NCBI GenBank assembly: GCA_903813345.2
Contig: CAIIXF020000001.1
Location: 32,674,001-32,738,000 of the forward strand
DNA from: Owenia fusiformis
Taxonomy: Eukaryota
DNA: 64,000 nt
Direction of reading: 5' to 3'
Within the stretch, counting starts at the first letter, position 1. Each line of letters opens with the position of its first letter. The notes beneath the pieces were generated by a model. That model saw only the letters and a program-made list of their open reading frames with translations. It was not told the DNA's origin and searched no databases. Both the position numbers and the translations under genes were made by a program. Positions 50,336 to 61,113 of this stretch are shown here, piece by piece.

Positions 50336-51201
50336 CACTCCCCTCCATAAGTTTGGCAACCTTTTTTCTCCATTGAACTACGTGTTAAAGCCTCCTTCCG
50401 TTTGAATTTTTATTTACTTAACCGGCGATGAAATAACTTATAATATCGATGGAAACGTAACTTGACCTTATTTCCAATACCTCCAAATGTTCTCAATTTT
50501 TTTCCTCAATTACAATAGGTCAAAAATTGATGATAAATTTGATGAATTTTTGAAAATCGTCATTCCCATGTAATCCAATGGGAAATTGAGGGTTCGGGGC
50601 AAATCAGAAATCAGGATATCTTTTCAGTAAAAGATTCAGCAAAAATTATTTTTATATAGAAAATTGAATTGTCTAACTTTTTAAAACACTAAGTATTTAG
50701 TTTATTTGATGAATATAAAAGTTACAAAAGTCATTTTTGAAAATAATTTTTCGCCTCTTGTGTTATTTCAATGGGAGAGTTTTTTGAAGAACAACTTTGA
50801 CTTTAAAGCCCTATAACTTTGTTGAACCTGAAGAAACGTATCAATTTTTTGTTAAATAAAGTTAGCAAATTCAATTCCCTGCCTAACTCGTATTTTTTGC
50901 AAGGACTCGGATGGATGGATATTCTGTCATATGACTTGCGGCAAACCTACCATTTCCCATTGGTTAACATGGGAATGTCGATTTTCAAAAATTCATCAAA
51001 TTTATCATCAATTTTTGACCTATTGTAATTGAGAAAAAAATTGAGAAAATTTGGAGGTATTGGAATTAAAGTCAAATTACGTTTCCATCAATAGTATAAG
51101 TATTTTCATCGCAGGTTAAGTAAATAAAAATTCAAAGGTAAAGAGGCTTTAACACGTAGTTCAATGAGGAAAAAAGGTTGCCAAACTTATGGAGGGGAGT
51201 G
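50336..51201. mobile_element. Tc1/mariner-type MITE with ~250-bp TIRs and TA TSD
   Basis: TA-CACTCCCCTCCATAAGTTTGGCAACC ... GGTTGCCAAACTTATGGAGGGGAGTG-TA. Excision restores LINE MIYGELGRYP. Confidence 0.9.
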
Positions 51202-52581
51202 TATATCATAAATGATGGTGTTGCTCGTTTAACTCTCAAGATATATTTACAATATTTTAAATGAAGTTTTTCACACATGAGCATTGCTTTGGAGCATCCC
51301 CATACCTCACATCCATAAGTAAAAATTGGCAAAATTAATGAGTCAAATAAATGTTATTGCATATCGAGTGGCAAGCTCATCTCTGTACATCTGCCTAAGA
51401 CATCATACATAGCATTTTCTGCATTTCGTAATGATAAATTAACATGTTTGCGAAAATTCCCATTATAAGAGAACCAGACTCCCAAATACTTAAATACGAG
51501 TCTTCAATTTTGAGTTGTTCTCCATCATACAAAAATCTAAATGTTTCTTTGGTTTTTTTCTTAGAAAATATTACAACATTTGTCTTTTTAGCATTAACGA
51601 CAAGTTTATTTTGCTCACAATATGATTTTAATGCATCAAGACCACTTTGTAAACCTTGCTTTGTTTCTGATAAGATAACAGTGTCATCAGCATACATGAT
51701 GATAAACATTTTAAAAAGGCAATCAATACATTCAGGCAATTTCATATATTTACAACCTTGGCTATTTACAATAAAGTCTTCCATATCATTTACAAATAAT
51801 GAGAATAATAATGGAAATAAAATTTCGCCAGTTCTCAAACCATTCATACATAGGAAATATTCAGATGTTTCTTCATTAACAGAAATGCATGATTTTGCAT
51901 TAGAATATATATCTTTGATACAATTCAATTCAGCTTACCATACGTGTGCAATCTATATAGCATCCACACTGACATCTTTACAGAATCATATATAATTTTT
52001 GAATATAAACTAACTCAACCCAATAAGGCGAGTACTAAAGAATTTACTTACCTGCCATCTAAAAATCTGCTTGGAACTACCATTGGATTCCTCCAAGAGA
52101 ATATTTTAGGGATTATGGAATGCATTCAGCTACATAATTTGAGAAATTATTGGCATACGTAAAACCTATTTAAAACAGCATTTATCGTATTCAAAAGCGT
52201 TGAGCATCAATGATTCCCAGCCCTCTGTAGTTTGAAAAATAAAAATACCTGGGTGTTAATCCATGGATTATCTTTGAAAACGAGAAATATATTTTTGGAT
52301 TACATGGTGTAATCTTAAAGTAAACAAAATGTTTTAAAGTGTATTGATGTTTTTGGATGAAAAACATAAGCGAAATTCATGAAAAAAATCCCCCGATTCA
52401 TTCTACAAACAACTCGCCCCCCTTTCTCTTACAATAGACCTTTCCAATAAATCCTGACCCCTATTTGTGAACCAAGGAAACTAGGGTATATTGGCTAGAT
52501 TTATGATGTCATACTTTACAGGCAGCAATGTTTGTAAACACAATTGAAAGAAGTTTTGGAAAATTAGCAATATTTTAATCC

Positions 52582-53331
52582 TATTTATTCTACCAGTCTC
52601 TTTGGTGTTTTTTAAGGAGTCTTTCATTTGACTGAATTGTTTAAAAACAAGTTCAACTAATAAGACATTTGTTTTGATTAAAACTTTTAATGAAGGAACC
52701 GTTACTTATAAAATTCTGGTTACTTACTTTTATGTCGATAGGACAACCCAAAACTTTTTACCTTGGTGCGCCATTATGCCGATAATACTTCTAACCCGAA
52801 TCCTTGGGGTGGGAGGGCTGGGAAGCTAAAAACCTAATAAGGTTATACTTACATACTACACTGCAACCAACCAATACACACGAGCAAAAAATAGAACCTG
52901 CTCCCGCTCTGGATGTATGCTTGAAAAGGCCGAAGAAGACCGACTGACGTCATCATCCATTTATCGTCAACTTCGGGAATTTCCGTCACTTCTTCGGGAA
53001 TTACCGTTACTTCTTCGGAGATTTCCGACACTTCTTCCTCCATCTATCTTCTCCACTCGAAACTGAATAATGCATACTACATAAAATAAAAGACTCCTAA
53101 TCCAATAAAATAAATTAATTTCATTAATTTTTTATTTATTCTATCAGTCTCTTTGGTGTTTTTTAAGGAGTCTTTCATTTGACTGAATTGTTTAAAAACA
53201 AGTTCAACTAATAGGACATTTGTTTTGATTAAAACTTTTAATGAAGGAACCGTTACTTATAAAATTCTGGTTACTTACTTTTATGTCGATAGGACAACCC
53301 AAAACTTTTTACCTTGGTGCGCCATTATGCC
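52582..53331 (-). repeat. Split direct repeats: B2 52582-52780, putative A 52781-53132, B1 53133-53331
   Basis: Two 199-bp copies differing at about 2 positions that I could see. The spacer carries CCCTCCCACC on the minus strand and a short 21-bp tandem. Confidence 0.88.
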
Positions 53332-53585
53332 ACCCTTAGGCGACCACTCTGAGCCTAAGGAAGCACCATATAAAAACACATAACACTTGTTCCCAAATCT
53401 TGCTGAAAATAATTAAACAACAAATTATATAGAGCGGTTCATTCATTTATTACAACTTCCTACCATTCTTCTACTTGACATATCTAACCTTGTTCATAAC
53501 ATCATTTGTTCTTTTCAAACTTACATCACAGGTTGAAATGATACCTTAAAATAGCATTTTAAACTTGAAATGTACTCAAAATGTT

Positions 53586-54871
53586 TTATCTCAAATATTT
53601 TTGAAATGCATTTGACCTCCATCTTCCCAGCTTTTGTATTTGCAGTTCACTGAGCCCTATACTTGCTGCCCAAGTTGCTCCTCCAATTCTGAAACTGTGA
53701 GATTTATATAATCGAACATCCATGTTACAAAATTCAAATACTTTCTTGAGCTTTCCCGTAAAAAATGTTCTTGTAATCTCATTGTTTTGTTTGTTTAAGA
53801 AAATAGAACCTTGAACTGGATTTCTCACATTTAAGAATTGTCCAAATGAGCTACTGGGCAAATAAAAGGATCTTGTTGTTTGACCATAACTTTTGCTGAA
53901 CCCTTTGAATGTTTTATTTGATGTAAAGGACGATTCTCGGTTTGGAGAACAGTCTCCTGGGCTAATAATTTTTTCATGAAAAATATAGAAATAATACCCA
54001 AATTAAACTATGAATATTCAAAAGAGGACATTTAAATCTACAAGATGTAAAAATAACAAATTGGTCTGAAGCAGGGATAACGCTCAATTTGACCGATTCA
54101 ATAAAATACAAGTCTTGATTTGGGGAAAGAAGTTCATCAGTGTACTGCGCTAATATTTTTTTGCGAAAAATCTAGAAATATTACCCAAATTAAATTATGA
54201 CTATTCAAAAGAAGACATTCAAATCTATATTATGTAAAGAAATCAAATTTGTCCGAAGCAGGGATAATGCTCATTTAGATTGATGAACTTCGTTCTCCAA
54301 ACCGAGAATCGTCCTTTGATTATATAACCTTCAGAATGTCTTTCAAGATTGTCCATCTTTAAATTGTGTGGTCCCTTGGTTATTTCACTTATTCTCAAAA
54401 GTGCAAAAAGAGCCAATGACATCATTGCTTTTAACAAAGTTCTTTCATAAGTTAAATTGTACATAATTATATCTATTGCATTGAAAAGTCTTTTCAAAAT
54501 ATCTGGAGTGATTGGAAGTCTAGAATCCACACTGGGTTGTAATTTTGAAATACCTATCAAAGCCTGATTAACTATGTATTTTTTGTTGGGTCTTCTAAAT
54601 CTCTAATTTTATGGTAATAAGACAACCCTGAAATCAAAGACTTTATTGAGTTTGGTGCTAATTTTTTGTTTAAAAATAGGAATGATATAAACAGCCCAGT
54701 GTTGATTGCTGACAAAGGTAGATTTCCACACCCCGTTAATTGATTAAACTGATCCAAATAAACCAATGTCCTATCATATAAAGATTTTGTATTTTTAGTA
54801 ATAGCTGCTGCCGTTATTATATTAAGGGTAGAGGCCAATTTATTGGTAGCAATTCTTTTGGAATTTGACAT
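53586..54871 (-). pseudogene. Tyrosine recombinase, frameshifted and interrupted by a MITE
   Basis: N-terminal LAPNSIKSLISGLSYYHK, then RLPIT, FALLRISE, KHSK, ICPV, HSFRIGGAT, LGRWRSNAFQKY. Confidence 0.92.
53928..54314. mobile_element. MITE inserted between AAA and TTT without TSD (Spy-like)
   Basis: Perfect 23-bp TIR GGACGATTCTCGGTTTGGAGAAC. Flanks TGTAAA| and |TTTGAT. Internal direct repeat of ~120 bp. Confidence 0.8.
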
Positions 54872-54874
54872 TCT

Positions 54875-55048
54875 TCCATCTGTACTTTTGTATATTTCTG
54901 GAAAATATCCATTTTTCCCCTTGATAAAGCATCTGCTAAAAATTTTTTGTCACCTGCTATATGTTCACTGTACATTTTAATATTATTTTCTAAACATGTT
55001 TAAATTGTTGGTCTTAATATAAACATTATTTCTTCACTTTTTGATGTC
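54875..55048 (-). pseudogene. C-terminal end of DIRS-type RNase H domain
   Basis: Minus strand reads EHIAGDKKFLADALSRGK, matching the HIxGxxNxxADxLSR motif. Confidence 0.8.
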
Positions 55049-55548
55049 NNNNNNNNNNNNNNNNNNNNNNNNNNNNNNNNNNNNNNNNNNNNNNNNNNNN
55101 NNNNNNNNNNNNNNNNNNNNNNNNNNNNNNNNNNNNNNNNNNNNNNNNNNNNNNNNNNNNNNNNNNNNNNNNNNNNNNNNNNNNNNNNNNNNNNNNNNNN
55201 NNNNNNNNNNNNNNNNNNNNNNNNNNNNNNNNNNNNNNNNNNNNNNNNNNNNNNNNNNNNNNNNNNNNNNNNNNNNNNNNNNNNNNNNNNNNNNNNNNNN
55301 NNNNNNNNNNNNNNNNNNNNNNNNNNNNNNNNNNNNNNNNNNNNNNNNNNNNNNNNNNNNNNNNNNNNNNNNNNNNNNNNNNNNNNNNNNNNNNNNNNNN
55401 NNNNNNNNNNNNNNNNNNNNNNNNNNNNNNNNNNNNNNNNNNNNNNNNNNNNNNNNNNNNNNNNNNNNNNNNNNNNNNNNNNNNNNNNNNNNNNNNNNNN
55501 NNNNNNNNNNNNNNNNNNNNNNNNNNNNNNNNNNNNNNNNNNNNNNNN
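55049..55548. other. Assembly gap (500 N)
   Basis: Run of N. Confidence 0.99.
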
Positions 55549-56495
55549 AGCGATTATAGCGATACTGGATACTTTACTGAATTGTGTCGAAGTTAGACGT
55601 GTGGTGCGGAAGTTAATATGCAGATGACCATCATTTCAATGTTATATTGTTTGTAGGCAAATTGAGATTAGGCCATTGGAGTATTTGTTTCACGCATACA
55701 TAAAACACAACGCATTCAAGGGTCACATTTATCATTAAACCAACTCAAACATATAACCTTGTACACCGACCACCTCTTGAAATCAATGCAGGCCGATTTC
55801 AACGAATGCAAACGGTGATATATAAAAGAAACATAATCAAGCATGACCACGTCCCAATTTCTTTTGTTTTCTTTACAACTAAGCTATGACTGCAGTCTAT
55901 TCAGTGTTGCGTATCGAACCTTGTTTATTATAAAAATAGTGCAACAACAAGCAGAATTCACACATTTACCTTATACTTATTCTCAACTGAAGACATTGAA
56001 TTTATCTCTTAGGTTTTACATTATAAATATCTTAACATGCAGAATACGAAAATAGAGGCTTAGGCCCATCTTTGTATGAATTTTATGAAAATAATCTGAT
56101 TTTAGAGAAATGAAAAGAAAAATGTCCACACCCTACACAAAAAGATTTATGGTTCCCCGGGAATACGTATGTGTTGCTTGTATATTAGAATCGTATTCCA
56201 GTTACAGAAAGAAGTACATATCATCACGGACATCTAATACGTTCTTCGAACTGCCCTGGAACTATATCTATACCAGGACTGGCATCCAGATCCAAGTATT
56301 TTTTAAGACCGCCGACTCTCGTTGGGCTATTTATCCCTATTGACTCAGTTGTTCATATAAATTTACGTACCTTAGATGCTTTGTAATCGACGTAGATAGA
56401 AAATATTGTTTCCTAAAGTGTTCTGAAAAGCGATAATTATTACTAAATGTACTTTGAACAGGTCGACTGACCAAAAAGTCGGACTTCTGGCACAA

Positions 56496-56774
56496 GGTCA
56501 CGTGACCAAATAGAATTTGTATAGATAAAATTGATGACGTCACCGCCATCGGTGTAGGTCAGGTCAAAAGTCATCCATCTTGCCATTTGCCCAGTGTATT
56601 CTTACCAGTCGACAAAAAACGATGAAATCACGTTGAAAATAAAATATACACTTTAAAATTGAGACTGATTGAATATGACAAGACTCCATTGAATACATCT
56701 GTGCAATTTACAGTCACCAAGATGAGCTAATTTCGGAGAGATTCGGTGAGATTCGGGAATTAAAAAAGGTAAGC
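56496..56774 (+). promoter_or_regulatory. Candidate promoter and non-coding first exon with splice donor
   Basis: GGTCACGTGACC E-box palindrome (56496-56507), CRE TGACGTCA (56535-56542), YY1-like CCGCCATC (56543-56550), donor AAG|GTAAGC at 56768/56769. Confidence 0.5.
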
Positions 56775-57177
56775 CCTTCCGGTTTCCCAACTTCAAGTAT
56801 TTGAAATCCCAGAATTTCGCCAGAAACATTCTCTCTGACTGTGCATATCATGCTAAACTATATATATATATTTATCGTCTATTATCCTTTGACAAGTAGA
56901 GTAGAGAATAAAAATAATTTTTTTTTTAAAATTCAAAAAAGGAAATAAGATTAATTTTTTAGAAAACTACTTGAAGGAATTAAAATCGTATTGAATCGTA
57001 TCACATGAAAAAATCGTATTGTCCCCGGGAAGAAATCGTATTGGAGCGTATTGACCTATTTTTTTAGTTTCCCGGTTATTTTATTTATTTATTTTATTTT
57101 TCAAACAATGTGCATTTATTAATACAACGTTTGCATTATCGAAATGTAACATTCTAGGGGGATGTATAATGGAATAA

Positions 57178-57364
57178 ATAGGTTATTTCTGGTCAGGATT
57201 GAATATGGGTTTTATTTCTCGGAAAATATGATATTGACCTTGGGCAATATGATATTGACACTCGGTCGCTGCGCTCTCGGTCAATATTATATTACCCTTC
57301 AGTCAATATCATATTGTCCCTCGGAATAAAACCCATATTCAATCCCTCCCAGTAAATAACCTAT
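57178..57364. repeat. ~185-bp hairpin element
   Basis: ATAGGTTATTT..GGATTGAATATGGGTTTTATT / AATAAAACCCATATTCAATCC..AAATAACCTAT, with a CTCGGTCGCTGCGCTCTCGG loop region. Confidence 0.85.
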
Positions 57365-57365
57365 A

Positions 57366-58085
57366 TGTATTCCATACCTGATGAGGTTTCAGGGGCATAT
57401 CAACCGGGAATATATTCCATATCCGGGTAATATGTTTCGTATGTCCCGCTCCGACGGAGCTCCTGGACATATAAATCCTATGTCCCGCTCAAATAAATGT
57501 TAAAAATAAATTCGGAAAAAAAAATTGTGGAAAAAAATTGAAAAAAAATTGTGGAAAAAAATTATGTAAAAAAATTTGAAAAAAATTTGAAAAAAAAGTT
57601 TTGAAAATATTCTGAAAAAAAATTATGCCTAAAAAGGTGAAAAAAAATTGAAAAAAAATGTGGGAAAAAAAATTTGGGAAAAAATGTGAAAAACAATTTG
57701 GGAATTTAATTTTTAAAAAAAATCTGAAAATAAAAATTTGAAAAAATTGTGGAAAAAAATTATGTAAAAAAATTTTGAAAAAAAATTGAAAAAAAAGTTT
57801 TAAAAATATTCTGAAAAAAAAATTATGCAAAAAAATGTGATAAAAATGTTGAAAAATATTTTTGGACAAAAAATTTGAAAAAAAAATTTGGGAAATTTTC
57901 GCATTTTTTTTTGAAAATGATAACATATTTTGCAAGTAACACACCAGAGCATAGGGGATACATACTTATTATTTCAAACCTCATCGACTCTCTCGCTACG
58001 CTCGCTCGTGCAGATATCATATTCATTCGTGGATAAAAATCATATCTCTCATAAATCATAGGATATCCTCTATATCCCATGGTTG
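57366..58085 (+). repeat. Interspersed element with A-rich low-complexity core (~57490-57915)
   Basis: First ~120 bp match 48342-48460. The core is degenerate AAAAAAATTG-type repeats, which gives the Phe-rich pseudo-ORF. Confidence 0.7.
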
Positions 58086-58361
58086 CAATGATATAGATCG
58101 AATATCACATGATGATATATTTGATATGTGGACCAAGATATCATATTTTAGCAAACAATTTACAAATCATCGAATATCACTTTTAAACTATCGAATATCA
58201 CGTCTTAAAAAGTGATATTCGATGGTTTGAAAAGTGATATTCGATGGTTTCGATTTTTTTCAAAAAATGAATTTTGAATATTTGATGACGTAAATCAAGA
58301 TAATTTCTACTCGCATCTTGTCTATTCCACAGGTTTGGGAAAAGTGTACAGGAAAATCTCC

Positions 58362-58365
58362 ATGT
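58362..58365 (+). CDS. Putative start codon of the Lys-rich gene, in an exon beginning at 58333 and cut by the gap
   Basis: Acceptor-like TCTATTCCACAG| at 58332, then CC-ATG-T immediately before the Ns. Speculative. Confidence 0.3.
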
Positions 58366-58865
58366 NNNNNNNNNNNNNNNNNNNNNNNNNNNNNNNNNNN
58401 NNNNNNNNNNNNNNNNNNNNNNNNNNNNNNNNNNNNNNNNNNNNNNNNNNNNNNNNNNNNNNNNNNNNNNNNNNNNNNNNNNNNNNNNNNNNNNNNNNNN
58501 NNNNNNNNNNNNNNNNNNNNNNNNNNNNNNNNNNNNNNNNNNNNNNNNNNNNNNNNNNNNNNNNNNNNNNNNNNNNNNNNNNNNNNNNNNNNNNNNNNNN
58601 NNNNNNNNNNNNNNNNNNNNNNNNNNNNNNNNNNNNNNNNNNNNNNNNNNNNNNNNNNNNNNNNNNNNNNNNNNNNNNNNNNNNNNNNNNNNNNNNNNNN
58701 NNNNNNNNNNNNNNNNNNNNNNNNNNNNNNNNNNNNNNNNNNNNNNNNNNNNNNNNNNNNNNNNNNNNNNNNNNNNNNNNNNNNNNNNNNNNNNNNNNNN
58801 NNNNNNNNNNNNNNNNNNNNNNNNNNNNNNNNNNNNNNNNNNNNNNNNNNNNNNNNNNNNNNNNN
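58366..58865. other. Assembly gap (500 N)
   Basis: Run of N. Confidence 0.99.
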
Positions 58866-58981
58866 TGAAGAAAAGATCCAGATCCAAATCACAGGATTCT
58901 AAAAAGGCCACACCCAAGGCAAAGAGATCAACACCAAAGAAGACCTCCAAGAAGACCAAGGAAGAAGAGAAACCTAAGAAG
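58866..58981 (+). CDS. Penultimate coding exon (partial) of a Lys-rich, linker-histone-H1-like protein
   Basis: KKRSRSKSQDSKKATPKAKRSTPKKTSKKTKEEEKPKK, ending in phase 0 at AAG|GTATAT. Confidence 0.75.
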
Positions 58982-59001
58982 GTATATATTTCTCTACCTT
59001 T

Positions 59002-59132
59002 TGCCGTGGTCACATTTGCTCCGATTTTCAGTACCTTTTCAGCGCCCGGTCGATTAGTATTTTGTTCAAAATTGCATAAACATTCATTGGCCGACGCCGA
59101 TGTTGAACATCCAAGCAAATGTGACCTATGCA
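59002..59132. mobile_element. Intronic hairpin MITE, same family as 31790-31931
   Basis: GGTCACATTTGCT / AGCAAATGTGACC ends. Shared CCGGTCGATT.AGTATTTTGTT.AAAATTG core. Confidence 0.7.
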
Positions 59133-59336
59133 TTAACCCAAATATCTTAAATGAATCATGGTTCGATCTTTCAAAGCATTTGTGGTCTTGATAGGCAAAT
59201 AAGTGTGTTGCTCCTACATAACCAGGACCAGATACTAAAACTAAGTGTTGCCCAGAGACTAGGATTCCATCGCCATTGATAAAGAAGAAAACATTTGCCC
59301 ACATATCTGAATGTTGATTTACCTTTATAATTTCAG

Positions 59337-59453
59337 AAGGTAGCAAAAAGGTCAGAGAAAACTACAGAAAAAACGAAGAAAACTACAACAAAAGCCAAGA
59401 AACCACCAGCTAAGAAGGCTGCTACTCCAAAAGCAAAGAAGGCAAAGAAATGA
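59337..59453 (+). CDS. Last coding exon of the Lys-rich H1-like protein
   Basis: Acceptor TTTATAATTTCAG|, then in-phase KVAKRSEKTTEKTKKTTTKAKKPPAKKAATPKAKKAKK and TGA at 59451-59453. Confidence 0.8.
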   Translation, partial: KVAKRSEKTTEKTKKTTTKAKKPPAKKAATPKAKKAKK

Positions 59454-59945
59454 AATCACTTAAACTAGGTTTAATGTAAATAATGTAGAAATATTTATAG
59501 GGACTTGTACATAGTGTAGATGTGCGACATAGACAGATTGGACAATTAGACGGTTTTTAAAAATGATTTTATGAAGGCGTTTCAATTGGCATATTTGACC
59601 ACTCTTCAGTTGTTCAATAACTTGACTTTTTTAATACCAGAGGACCTGGTAATCTACGAATACCTAGCAGGTTGGAGAGGGGTACGAGAATAAAATAACG
59701 TATTGGCTAACGTCTACAAAAAAGCATCAGTGGAATGAATGACGATTTACTCTACAGTGAAAGTGGTCATAACTTCTAGATGTTTTAAATACTTCTACAA
59801 AGGCTCACTATATGTATTACTTCTTCTATACATGAACTTTATGTTCTGGCTTCAAACATAAAAAATTAAGATTCTATATAGAATAAATTTTATTATCTGA
59901 ATTGTGTCTTAAATGCATGTTGAATAATACAATGAATAAAATAAT
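59454..59945 (+). terminator. Putative 3' UTR with polyadenylation signals
   Basis: AATAAA at ~59689, ~59882, ~59935. No histone 3' stem-loop seen after the stop. Confidence 0.45.
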
Positions 59946-60836
59946 TATCTATAAAATGGGATTATGCAGACTTTATTTCCCTTTGATATATGTAAGCGCG
60001 AGTGACATTCCATTCATACTCAACTCATTCAAAATAGTGTTCCAATAACAATGTTACAAATACAAAATGGTTAGAATAAATAAATGCTCTAGATTCATTT
60101 GACACCAGCAGGTTTAAAATCCTTCAATGGTTGACTACACAGGACAGACTCGAGTGAAATCAGACTTGCGCCAAATGCAACTTCTCGGAGGATAAGAAGA
60201 ACCAAGGACAAAGAGGGAGAATTCCTTTGACATTTAATTTTATTCACAGTTAAGGTGGCTTGTTATGATTTTTTAGAAGTGATAATTCATGTACAAGTTT
60301 GGTCAAATAATTAGAGTAGGAGACCTTTCCATGTAAAATAAAAAAAAATCGTGTTAGTCGGACAAATATATTTGGCATGTTCTAATCAGTGGACTGGCCC
60401 CAGGAAAAAGTGGACTGGACTCTGGGCCATCTTTTAGACATTACTTCACAAAATTACTAAAAAATGGACTTAACTCTCTATACTCCATTATGGGCCACAC
60501 TTTAGGTTTTTTCTGTAAGTATTTTGACTAAAAGATGGCCTCAAGCAATACATATCTAAAATTGAATTTAACCCATCAATATCATTATCCCAGCAAATGA
60601 AGTTCGATAGGGACATCATGAAGCCCTTCGTTTGTCAAGTCCTTTTCCCAAGCACAATAAAAAATATGTTCATTTATAAAATATCTTCCTTTCAAATTAA
60701 AAAAGATGGAATTTAGACGTTTTGGCCATCAAGGGTCGAGTACAGACACACAGAACATGAGTAGCCAGATGAGTAGACAGTGTTATTTCTGATAATTTTG
60801 AGATCTCCTGAAATATAGCTTTGTTATATGCAAGAG

Positions 60837-61113
60837 CAGGGGCGTAGTCAGCTTTCGGTCAGGGGGGGGGGTGATCGCCAAAAAAAATTCGGTTTCAGTC
60901 GGGGGGTGGCATAATCGTGGCATGAGCAAGGCAAAACAAAAAAATAAGATTTGTTTTCAATTTTACAAAAATTAATGCAACTTTGCTCAAAATTGAACTA
61001 GAAGCTTCAAATAAAAAAGCATTTTAAAGCACTTTTCTAACACTATCTAATGGTTCTATTTTTTTTATTGGTTATGGAGGGGATGCGACCCATCACACCC
61101 CCCTCTGGCTATG
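60837..61113 (+). mobile_element. Second copy of the 725-956 short element family
   Basis: CAGGGGCGTAGTCAG start, shared internal sequence, CCCCCCTCTGGCTATGG end. Confidence 0.7.

Larger units (their letters stand above)
46716..51950 (-). mobile_element. 5'-truncated non-LTR retrotransposon (RT plus Cys-rich C-terminus) in three pieces: 51204-~51950, 50246-50335, 46716-47406
   Basis: GLRTGEILFPLLF, MYADD, TYGCEVWG, MIYGELGRYP, KFRMSNHNLPIETGRY, ICTHCNKLGDEYHFILEC. 3' end is AATAAA followed by (AAACTG)3. Confidence 0.92.
44808..52437. mobile_element. Large TIR element (~330-bp near-identical inverted arms) hosting nested insertions
   Basis: 44808-45141 is the reverse complement of 52107-52437. 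Outer ends uncertain because the right arm stops at TAGACCTTTCC. Confidence 0.75.
52582..55048 (-). mobile_element. 3' half of an Ngaro-type (DIRS order) tyrosine-recombinase retrotransposon
   Basis: RNase H end directly followed by YR, then B1-A-B2 split-direct-repeat layout. The 5' part is lost in the gap. Confidence 0.88.

Noticed and set aside
53586..54871. Phage integrase or prophage interpretation of the tyrosine recombinase
   Set aside because: Adjacent RNase H motif and split direct repeats indicate a DIRS-order retrotransposon in a eukaryotic context.
57489..57944. 151-aa Phe-rich membrane-protein-like ORF
   Set aside because: Reverse translation of an A-rich low-complexity repeat.
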